64,000 nt of DNA, taken from NCBI GenBank assembly GCA_944350085.1, contig CALVNY010000004.1:2724-66723 (forward strand), in the 5' to 3' direction. Below the pieces are notes generated by a model, which saw only the letters and a list, made by a program, of their open reading frames with translations, had not been told where the DNA came from and made no database searches. Positions 54,333 to 62,287 of the stretch are shown one piece after another (the stretch's first letter is position 1; the number at the start of each line of letters is the position of its first letter). Position numbers and translations under genes: made by a program. Source of the DNA: an uncultured Clostridia bacterium (GTDB taxonomy: Bacteria > Bacillota > Clostridia > Christensenellales > UBA1242).

Positions 54333-55589
54333 TTACATTCCATCATTAGAGTTAACATCATCGTCAATATGTGCGTTAGCATCTAAAGATTCGGTTTTGG
54401 TTTCTGTAAATGTTTGAGTTGAAACATTTTCTGTTTCGTCAAACAAAAATCTAGCACTTTTAAAGTCGTCAACTGCTTCTTTTAATTTTTTTGTTGCTTC
54501 TTCATAAGAAATGTTTTGATATTCTCGCCTTACTTCTTCTCTTAAATGTTCAGGCTCTTGATAATTTTTCATATATTCCTTTGCTTCATCAGTGTACTCA
54601 TCACTGTTTTGTCTAAACATCGGAATCCTTGTCATTTCAACCATGTACTCATATTGTGTATTCTTTGTTGAAGCATTGTAATAAGGATTTTTTACAACCC
54701 TAATATTATTAATATAAACATTGCTTTCGGTTGGTGGATATCCAGCAGCCAAAGCATAGTCACTTTTTTCTTGTAATGTTGAATCACTTACAACTATAAC
54801 ATCTTTCCTTTTAATACCAACAAGTTTGCCACTTTTATTGTAAACATACACATCTGTTGGAAACAATCCGTTTGAGTTACTATGGAAATGCCCACCAAAA
54901 ATAGCATCAGGAACAATCTTCAATTCTTGAAGTTGAGCCATTGCCATCTTAAAGGTGTTATCCACACTTTTTGCTGTTCCACTGGTTTTGCCTGCACAAT
55001 GAAACATAAACAAATTAATAGTTTTTGGTTCTCTTTTGTAGTCGCTAGAAGGCAATGTTAATTGAAGAAGTGCCCCATATTTTATGTGTGTTATATTTAA
55101 GCTGTCTGCCAAATGTTTTGCTGGCGACATTCCACTAGCAACCCATCTACTTCCATTTTGACCATCGTGATTTCCATCTATCACAAATGGGATTTTATCC
55201 AAAATTTTTTCAAACTGATAGTGCTTTTTATCAATAGCGTGTTGTAATCCGTATTTGTCTGCGTGCCTATCTTGGTCAGGACTAATAACCGAATTAAACA
55301 CATCTCCCCCAGGCACATAAATACAATTTGCCGTTTTCCTTACAAACTCTAAAGTTTTTTCATCTTTAACGGCATTTGTGCCCACAGCACCATCATGAAC
55401 ATCGCCAGCAAAAATTACTGCAATATTGCTAAATTGTGGGGATTTTGCAGGAATTATTTCCACATATTCACTATCATAAGACTTGTTTTTAGATATTTCA
55501 ATCGTGAATTTAATTTCCTCTTGTTTTTTGGTGTTATCAACCATAAAATTTGGATTGTTTTTCATTGGAGTATACTTTACATCAGCCAT
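54333..55589 (-). CDS. calcineurin-like / Mre11-type metallophosphoesterase (all five motifs intact)
   Basis: AGDVHDG (DxH), PGGDVFN (GD), DGNHDG (GNHD), FMFHCAG (H), GGHFH (GHxH). E/K-rich helical C-terminal region. Acidic tail ends NSNDGM. Confidence 0.75.
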   Translation of the reverse strand: MADVKYTPMKNNPNFMVDNTKKQEEIKFTIEISKNKSYDSEYVEIIPAKSPQFSNIAVIFAGDVHDGAVGTNAVKDEKTLEFVRKTANCIYVPGGDVFNSVISPDQDRHADKYGLQHAIDKKHYQFEKILDKIPFVIDGNHDGQNGSRWVASGMSPAKHLADSLNITHIKYGALLQLTLPSSDYKREPKTINLFMFHCAGKTSGTAKSVDNTFKMAMAQLQELKIVPDAIFGGHFHSNSNGLFPTDVYVYNKSGKLVGIKRKDVIVVSDSTLQEKSDYALAAGYPPTESNVYINNIRVVKNPYYNASTKNTQYEYMVEMTRIPMFRQNSDEYTDEAKEYMKNYQEPEHLREEVRREYQNISYEEATKKLKEAVDDFKSARFLFDETENVSTQTFTETKTESLDANAHIDDDVNSNDGM

Positions 55590-55620
55590 TTAAGTACCTC
55601 TCTTTTTCATTAGTAATTTC

Positions 55621-55650
55621 ATTATACTACACAACGCTATAAGTTGTCAA
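55621..55650 (-). promoter_or_regulatory. consensus sigma-70 promoter of the phosphoesterase operon
   Basis: Minus strand TTGACA, 18 nt, TATAAT, about 30 nt upstream of the ATG at 55589. Confidence 0.6.
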
Positions 55651-56026
55651 TGTAACAAAATACAACTTTTTTCGACATTTCAAAAATTTGCCTTTATTTC
55701 GTATTCAAACAATAAAATTTTTGAAATTTTTTTAAAAAATTATATTTTAAAAAATCATTTTTCCCATATATTACCAATTATTGCTAAACCCTAATAAATT
55801 GTTATTTTTTTGTTATTAAAATTTAAAAGATTTTGTGTTTTTGTTGTTATTTTTTTAATACAAACAGATATTTAAAAGGCTCTCGAAACGACAAAACCTA
55901 CAAAATTAGACAAATTTGGAAAATACAAATAAAAAAACATTTCAAATTTTAAAAAAGTTTTAAACTGAATAATTTTTAACTATAATTTTAATTGAAATAT
56001 TTTATATTAATATTTAAAATAAAGTA

Positions 56027-56079
56027 AATCATATATTATTCTTTACCCCATAAGGAATAATATATGATTTTTTGTTTTT
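56027..56079 (+). terminator. orphan plus-strand terminator-like hairpin (no upstream plus-strand gene)
   Basis: 19-bp stem AATCATATATTATTCTTTA / TAAGGAATAATATATGATT (one mismatch), loop CCCCA, followed by TTTTTGTTTTT. Confidence 0.6.
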
Positions 56080-56115
56080 ATTAACAAAAATTTATATTTT
56101 TAAATATAAATTAAT

Positions 56116-57204
56116 ATGGTAAATTTAAGCGTATGTTTTATTGTTAAAAATGAAGAAAAAGTAATAGAGCGAATATTAAGTCAAACAACTGAGTTTGCCG
56201 ACGAAATTGTTGTTGTTGACACCGGGAGCCAAGACAACACTATTAATATAGCAAAAAAATACACAAACAAAGTTTTTAAATTTGAATGGGTTAACGATTT
56301 TAGCAAAGCCCGTAATTTTTCATTTGAAAAAGCAAGTGGAAAATATTTAATGTGGCTTGACGCTGACGATTTTATTGATGAAAGTTCCATAGTTAAATTA
56401 AAATCACTTAAATCAAAGTTGGGAAAACAAGATGTAATTATGTTGCCTTACGAAACTGCTTTTGATGAAAATGGCAAACCCACTTATAGTTATTATAGAG
56501 AGCGAATTGTAAAAAACAATGGAAACTTTAAATTTGTTGAGCCAATACATGAAGTTATTGTTCCAAGTGGAGTTATTGAATATAAAAATATTCCCATAAA
56601 ACACAAAAAATTAGTTCCAAACCCACCCAAAAGAAACTTAAATATTTTTTTAAAACTTAAAGACAATGGCTATGAATTTTCGCCACGTATGCAATTTTAC
56701 TTTGCAAGTGAATTGTACTATAACCAAATGTATGATGAAGCAATATCCGAGTACAATGTTTATTTAAAAATGAAAAAAGGCTACATTGAAAATAGAATTC
56801 AAGCACTCATAAACTTGTGCAGAATTTATGTTATTAAAAAGGAGTATGCTTTGGCATTGTCAACTGCGTTTAGTAGTTTTGCTTTGTCCCTGCCAAAATC
56901 GGAAATTTTGTGTGAAATAGGCTACATTTATTTAACAAACAAAATGTACCATGAAGCAATTTATTGGTACAAACTAGCAGTTCAAAAATATAATTTAAAA
57001 AATGGCGCATTTGTTGAAACTGATTATTACAACTTTATTCCTTTGCTACAAATTGGACTTTGTTATTATTATTTAAAAGATTACAAAAGGGCTTTAAAAT
57101 TTAACCAAAAGGCTTTAAAATTTAAGCCAAATAATCCTATTGCAAAAAACAACAATTTAGAGTATTTAAAATTAATAAATAACAATTCAACAAAATTCGT
57201 TTAA
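56116..57204 (+). CDS. family-2 glycosyltransferase fused to C-terminal TPR repeats
   Basis: LSVCFIVKNEEKVIERIL, EIVVVDTGSQDNT, DFSKARNFS, WLDADD. The C-terminal half has TPR-like repeats (YYNQMYDEAISEY, YLTNKMYHEAIYWYKLAV, YYYLKDYKRALKFNQKAL). Confidence 0.8.
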   Translation: MVNLSVCFIVKNEEKVIERILSQTTEFADEIVVVDTGSQDNTINIAKKYTNKVFKFEWVNDFSKARNFSFEKASGKYLMWLDADDFIDESSIVKLKSLKSKLGKQDVIMLPYETAFDENGKPTYSYYRERIVKNNGNFKFVEPIHEVIVPSGVIEYKNIPIKHKKLVPNPPKRNLNIFLKLKDNGYEFSPRMQFYFASELYYNQMYDEAISEYNVYLKMKKGYIENRIQALINLCRIYVIKKEYALALSTAFSSFALSLPKSEILCEIGYIYLTNKMYHEAIYWYKLAVQKYNLKNGAFVETDYYNFIPLLQIGLCYYYLKDYKRALKFNQKALKFKPNNPIAKNNNLEYLKLINNNSTKFV

Positions 57205-57317
57205 TTTTGTTAGTTATTATTTTGAATAAGCAATATAATATGTTAAAATTAAAAATAACATAATATTAAGTTTGCTTTATAAATTAATTAGAAATTATAT
57301 TTAATGGAGAATTTTTT

Positions 57318-57875
57318 ATGGATAAAAGCATAAACAAACTATTTATTTTTATGTCAATACTTTCACTATTTATTTACCCATTTAGTACATATGGTTCTGT
57401 TTTGGTTGGAGCAATCGCTTTAATTTTAAGCATTTTGCTAATTAAAGAAAAAGACCTTACAAGCAAAGTATTGCAACCTTTTATTTTATTGTGCTTTATA
57501 GTTATTATTAAAAGTGTTTTTACATTAATTTTATATATGATTCAACGCTTTGCTTATATTGGAGAAGCAAACTACAAGTTAATAAACAACATTTCTGATG
57601 CTCTAAACTTTATTGATGCAATGCTTTACATTTTCGTTTTAATATTTATTATTATTAGCATAATTTGCTTTTGCAAAAATTTAGATATTCCTTTTGTTAG
57701 CAACTTATCCAACAAAATTTTAGGGATTGAAAACCCACAAAATTCTGAAAGCAAACCAAAAAAACATAAAAAACCAACCACAATAATTATTGATAGCACA
57801 AACAAAAAGAAAGATAATGCAGTTGAAATTGAAGCACAAAACACAAAAGACTCAACTGACGAAACAAATAATTAA
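57318..57875 (+). CDS. 4-TM membrane protein with a Lys-rich C-terminal tail, unknown function
   Basis: Four hydrophobic helices followed by a hydrophilic tail. GGAGAA RBS. Confidence 0.5.
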   Translation: MDKSINKLFIFMSILSLFIYPFSTYGSVLVGAIALILSILLIKEKDLTSKVLQPFILLCFIVIIKSVFTLILYMIQRFAYIGEANYKLINNISDALNFIDAMLYIFVLIFIIISIICFCKNLDIPFVSNLSNKILGIENPQNSESKPKKHKKPTTIIIDSTNKKKDNAVEIEAQNTKDSTDETNN

Positions 57876-57903
57876 AAATGCTCTATTTATAGAGCATTTT
57901 TTT
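57874..57903 (+). terminator. terminator
   Basis: aaaaATGCTCTATttATAGAGCATtttttt. Confidence 0.75.
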
Positions 57904-57964
57904 GTATAAAAATTATTGTTTGGTAAATAAATATATTAAAATTTTTTTAAATTTTTTAAAAAAA

Positions 57965-57991
57965 TTAGCACTCTCCGCTTGACATTGCTAA
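57965..57991 (+). promoter_or_regulatory. CIRCE-like inverted repeat (candidate HrcA operator) overlapping the hsp20 promoter
   Basis: TTAGCACTC-N9-CATTGCTAA against the consensus TTAGCACTC-N9-GAGTGCTAA. The left arm matches 9/9 and the right arm 7/9. Confidence 0.55.
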
Positions 57992-58006
57992 TTTTAAGGC
58001 TATAAT
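57979..58006 (+). promoter_or_regulatory. consensus sigma-70 promoter of hsp20
   Basis: TTGACA, 16 nt, TATAAT. The -35 element lies inside the CIRCE-like spacer and right arm. Confidence 0.6.
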
Positions 58007-58061
58007 ATAAGTAATTTTAAAAGATAACAAATCTTTTAAAATAATTATGGAGGTATTAATT

Positions 58062-58511
58062 ATGAGACATAATAACGATAAATATGATTTAATTTTAGGA
58101 GAAGGAAACAATTTTGGTTTGTTCGACCCATTTTTTGACCCATTTTTTGACATGCCAATGCCAAGAAGAGTTGGAAAAATGGAACAAGCAATGAAAACAG
58201 ATGTTAAGGAAAATGAAAACAACTACACATTGATGGTTGACCTACCCGGTTTTGACAAAAAAGATATTAGCTTAAATTTAAACGATGGTTACTTAACAAT
58301 TTCTGCAAAACATGAAGAAAAAATTGATGAAAAGGAACATCACAATTATGTAAGGCGTGAAAGATTTGTTGGAAGCGTTTCAAGAAGTTTTTATGTTGGT
58401 GATATTGAACAAAACAGCATTGATGCAAAACTAGATAATGGCGTTTTAACAATTGTTGTTCCTAAACAAACTAAACAATTAAATTCAAATAAACAAATTG
58501 AAATTAAATAA
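58062..58511 (+). CDS. small heat-shock protein (Hsp20 / alpha-crystallin family)
   Basis: MKTDVKENENNYTLMVDLPGFDKKDISLNLNDGYLTISAKH ... LDNGVLTIVVPK. ATG 58062 follows GGAGG. The track start is ATG 58047. Confidence 0.85.
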   Translation: MRHNNDKYDLILGEGNNFGLFDPFFDPFFDMPMPRRVGKMEQAMKTDVKENENNYTLMVDLPGFDKKDISLNLNDGYLTISAKHEEKIDEKEHHNYVRRERFVGSVSRSFYVGDIEQNSIDAKLDNGVLTIVVPKQTKQLNSNKQIEIK

Positions 58512-58522
58512 TTTAAAAAATT

Positions 58523-58556
58523 AAAAAAGGAGTGGGAAGTTCCACTCTTTTTTTGT
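58523..58556. terminator. bidirectional terminator
   Basis: aaaaaaGGAGTGGgaagttCCACTCttttttt. Confidence 0.75.
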
Positions 58557-58582
58557 TTTAACGTTAAATTTTTTTTGTTTTC

Positions 58583-59317
58583 TTAAACAAAAAATATAAA
58601 TCCAGCAATTACAATTTGACCAATATAATAAATTAGATGATTTAACACTATTAAAAACTTATTATCTTCTTTGCCACCAAAGTAATTTAAAGACAAAATC
58701 AAATCACTGATTAAAATTAAAATTGCACCTATTCCAAACATCCATAGAATATTTATTTGATACATAACAGCAATTATAACAGAAATTGCCGACAATCCGG
58801 TTAAAAGCAAAGTGTATGCACCCGATTGATAAAAAAATTTACCAAAATTTAATTTCATAAGTTTAGTTGAAATTAAAATTACGATTGAAAGAATTATTGC
58901 CACACCTAGTCCAATAAGTATTGGAATATAAATTGGTTTAGACATTGCTTTGTATTCAACACTATTTAAAACTAAGTTTATTAATCCTACAAAGTAAAAT
59001 ATGTGTCCTAGCCCAAAGGCAAACATTCCAGTGTTTAGATAAATATCATTATGCTCCTTATAAATTACTTTTAAATCTAGCACAATATCTCCAACAAATC
59101 CACATAAAAGCCCAAGAACAATAAACATACAGCCTAGATTTGGATTGTAAAGAGTAAGTGCAACTATGCTTGTAATCATAAACATAAATGAAGCAATAAT
59201 TTTGCATATAAGCCCATAAACCCCACCTTTTAAAACTCTTACGATTAAAAATATAATAGTAAATATAAAACACAAACAAAATAAAATAAATGGTACTATT
59301 GCATTATTTGATGACAT
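58583..59317 (-). CDS. YhhN-family (lysoplasmalogenase-like) membrane protein
   Basis: Seven to eight TM helices, with GMFAFGLGHIFYF and ISDLILSL blocks typical of YhhN proteins. Confidence 0.6.
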   Translation of the reverse strand: MSSNNAIVPFILFCLCFIFTIIFLIVRVLKGGVYGLICKIIASFMFMITSIVALTLYNPNLGCMFIVLGLLCGFVGDIVLDLKVIYKEHNDIYLNTGMFAFGLGHIFYFVGLINLVLNSVEYKAMSKPIYIPILIGLGVAIILSIVILISTKLMKLNFGKFFYQSGAYTLLLTGLSAISVIIAVMYQINILWMFGIGAILILISDLILSLNYFGGKEDNKFLIVLNHLIYYIGQIVIAGFIFFV

Positions 59318-59479
59318 AATATAATCTCCTCTAATATTATGATACTATTTTTTTAAATTTAAAACAAACAATAATTATTAATATTTGGTTACAAAAATGT
59401 AATATAATTTTTTAAAAAAATATTTTATAATAATTGAATATTTGATATAATACATTAGACTAAATTTTAGGTGGATTTT

Positions 59480-60052
59480 ATGAAGAAGATTTTAATTGAC
59501 TGTGATGAAGTTATTTGTGATAGTGGTTTTTTAAATTTACTAAACGACTATTTGAAATCAAATTATACTATTGACGATTTTACATCTTATTTTATTGAAG
59601 AAGATGTTTTAGAATCGGAGGAAGAAAAAGTTTCATTTTATGATTATATAAAAGACAAAAATCCGTATGCTAAAGCCGTGTTATATGAAGGGGCTTATGA
59701 AACAATAAAAGCATTAAACGAAAAATATGATGTTTACATTTGTTCTTCATGTGCTATTGATATTCACGGGCTTAAAGAAGCAAGTGGGCAATTTTTTAAA
59801 AATAAATATGATTTTTTGATTAAACATTTTCCTTTTTTAAATGTAAATAAATTTGTTTTTACTGGTGTAAAAAACATATTTAACGCAGATGTCCAAATAG
59901 ACGACAAGTTTTCACATTTGCAAAGCGAAAATATTCCATGCAAACTTCTTTTTACTTCCTATCACAACAAAATGCTTACAGAAGAAGAACTAAAACAAAA
60001 AAATGTTGTTAGGGTAAATTCTTGGGCAGATATTGCAAAAATTTTACTTTAA
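59480..60052 (+). CDS. HAD-superfamily 5'(3')-deoxyribonucleotidase-like protein (NT5C family)
   Basis: MKKILIDCDEVICD (DxDxV nucleophile motif) and a late DVQIDDK. ATG 59480 follows AGGTGGA. The track start is GTG 59471. Confidence 0.55.
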   Translation: MKKILIDCDEVICDSGFLNLLNDYLKSNYTIDDFTSYFIEEDVLESEEEKVSFYDYIKDKNPYAKAVLYEGAYETIKALNEKYDVYICSSCAIDIHGLKEASGQFFKNKYDFLIKHFPFLNVNKFVFTGVKNIFNADVQIDDKFSHLQSENIPCKLLFTSYHNKMLTEEELKQKNVVRVNSWADIAKILL

Positions 60053-60124
60053 ACTTAGCCCTATACAACTAAAAGTGCCTTTTCAATTCAAACATTTTAA
60101 TAACAAAATATTAATAACAACAAA

Positions 60125-60157
60125 CAAAAAAATCTCACATTAATTGCGAGATTTTTT
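60125..60157. terminator. bidirectional terminator
   Basis: aaaaaaATCTCACattaattGCGAGATtttttg (one mismatch). Confidence 0.65.
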
Positions 60158-60181
60158 GTTTTTAAAAAATTAAATTTTAAA

Positions 60182-60967
60182 TTAAACTTGTGGAACTTCA
60201 ATATTAACTGAATATGAGTAATCTACTAATTGATAAATTATAGAATAGGTTTGATTATTTTGTAAAACTTTCATTTCGTTTTCAACTCTGCTATATTTTT
60301 CGGATTTTAAAACTATTTTATATCTTACATCATAACATTCAGTTTCATTTACAATTTTGGCAATTCTTTCAAGTGTAACTTCCTTGCCCTTTTTGTCCAC
60401 ACTATCTTCAACACTATAAGATTCACTTGAATCCACGGTTGAGAACACATCATCTTGCACATTTGACAAATAATCAACTTCATCTTTGTGTGCACTTATA
60501 AATGCTGAATATGTTGTTGATGATTTTACATAACCCAAACCAGTGTTATAAACATACTGTTCGCCATTTGAAAAGTAGTATTCATTTGTTGTAACTTTTG
60601 TTTCCACTTGTTTTGATTCGCCATTATAAACTTGCGAAGTTGTAACCTGCTTAATATGTAGTTTTGGATATGTTATGTTTCCAGCCTCATTTTTATATTT
60701 GCCTTGTCTTTCCACAACTGTTGAAATTGTTGTTTTTAACAAGCCATTGTATTCGCTATTAAAATTAGATAATTCACTAATTATCTTAACTTGTTTATCA
60801 TTAAAATCACTTTGGCTTAAAGTTGTGGATTCCCCTTTTAAATAATTGATGTTTGCCTTATACAAAACATCAAGGCCATAAGACATAGACTTTGCGCATC
60901 CACTAAATCCTAAAACCACCATAAACACAAGAACAAGTGGGGTTAGAAATTTTAAAAATTTTTTCAT
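60182..60967 (-). CDS. lipoprotein, unknown function, last gene of the deo cluster
   Basis: Signal peptide MKKFLKFLTPLVLVFMVVLGFSGC with a lipobox-like FSGC. Lies 4 nt downstream of pdp. Confidence 0.6.
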   Translation of the reverse strand: MKKFLKFLTPLVLVFMVVLGFSGCAKSMSYGLDVLYKANINYLKGESTTLSQSDFNDKQVKIISELSNFNSEYNGLLKTTISTVVERQGKYKNEAGNITYPKLHIKQVTTSQVYNGESKQVETKVTTNEYYFSNGEQYVYNTGLGYVKSSTTYSAFISAHKDEVDYLSNVQDDVFSTVDSSESYSVEDSVDKKGKEVTLERIAKIVNETECYDVRYKIVLKSEKYSRVENEMKVLQNNQTYSIIYQLVDYSYSVNIEVPQV

Positions 60968-60971
60968 AATT

Positions 60972-62273
60972 TTATCTCACTATTTTATAAATTAATTTTG
61001 GTTTTTTAACATGTTTTACATTTTTTATTTTAATTGCATTTAAAATGCTGTTTTTAACTTCTTCAACATTTTTATCATCATTATAGTAAATTGTGCATAA
61101 TGTGTCGCCAACATTAACTTTTGTTCCAATTCTCACTTCCATGTCAATGCCTACTTCATGCAAAACTGGATCTGTTTTTTTAAATCTTCCGCCACCCAAC
61201 AATTTACAAGAATTGCCAAGCATTTCGCCATTTATTTCGCAAACAGTTCCTTGTGTTTTTGCTTTAACATCAACTTTTGATTTTGATTGCTTTAATAATG
61301 ACAAATCAAAAATTATTTTTTCATTGCCACCTTGTGCCTTAACCATTTCTGCAAATTTATTTAATGCAGATTTATCTGAAATTGCTTTTTCAACCAAAGT
61401 AGTTGCAGTTTTATTATCAATATTTTTTGCTAGTTTTAAAATTTCAACACAAATACATTTTGAAACTGTTGCAAGAGGATTTTTTGCTCCATTTAACACT
61501 TGAACAGCATCTCTAACTTCCATTGTGCAACCAATACCTTTGCCCAAAGGCTCTTCCATGCTAGAGATTATTGCACACATTTTTTTGCCTGCATTTTTTC
61601 CAATAGTAACCATAAGTTTCGAAAGTTTTGTGGCATCTTTTTTAGTTTTCATAAATGCCCCTTTACCAAACTTAACATCAAGCAAAATTATATCAGCGCC
61701 ACTAGCCAATTTTTTGCTCATTATTGAAGATGCAATAAGGGGTATGCTTTGAACAGTTGAAGTTACATCTCGCATTGCATACAATTTTTTGTCAGCCACT
61801 GCTATGTTGTCTGTTTGACTAATTACACTTGCGCCAATGGTTTGAACATTTTTAATAAAGTCATCTTTTGAAATGTCCGTTTTATATCCATCTATCGCCT
61901 CTAACTTATCTACTGTTCCACCTGTAAAGCCCAAACTCCTTCCACTCATTTTTGCCATTTTAACACCTAAACTTGCTAAAATTGGAACAACAGCCAAAGT
62001 TGTGGTGTCACTTATTCCACCTGTGCTGTGTTTGTCTGCCTTTACGCCATCAATTTTGCTTAAATCAACCATTTCGCCTGTTTTTGCCATTTCAAGTGTT
62101 AATGTGGTGGTTTCTCTATCTGTCATGCCATTTATTGCAATCGCCATAAGCATAGCCGAAACTTCGTAATCTTTAAATTCGTCTTTTGCAACGCCATTTA
62201 CGAAAAATGAAATTTCATTGTCCGTTAGTTCTTTTTTTAATCTTTTTTTATCTAATAACTCTTGTATAACCAT
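60972..62273 (-). CDS. pdp: pyrimidine-nucleoside phosphorylase
   Basis: KHSTGGISDTTTLAVVPILASLG, GRSLGFTGGTVDKLE, 433 aa. Confidence 0.85.
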   Translation of the reverse strand: MVIQELLDKKRLKKELTDNEISFFVNGVAKDEFKDYEVSAMLMAIAINGMTDRETTTLTLEMAKTGEMVDLSKIDGVKADKHSTGGISDTTTLAVVPILASLGVKMAKMSGRSLGFTGGTVDKLEAIDGYKTDISKDDFIKNVQTIGASVISQTDNIAVADKKLYAMRDVTSTVQSIPLIASSIMSKKLASGADIILLDVKFGKGAFMKTKKDATKLSKLMVTIGKNAGKKMCAIISSMEEPLGKGIGCTMEVRDAVQVLNGAKNPLATVSKCICVEILKLAKNIDNKTATTLVEKAISDKSALNKFAEMVKAQGGNEKIIFDLSLLKQSKSKVDVKAKTQGTVCEINGEMLGNSCKLLGGGRFKKTDPVLHEVGIDMEVRIGTKVNVGDTLCTIYYNDDKNVEEVKNSILNAIKIKNVKHVKKPKLIYKIVR

Positions 62274-62287
62274 AAAAATTTATCCTA

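Noticed and set aside
52918-55589. Reading the phosphoesterase pair as SbcCD or Mre11-Rad50.
   Set aside because: The partner protein has no Walker A/B or ABC signature and no long coiled coil with a zinc hook. It aligns instead to the phosphoesterase itself.
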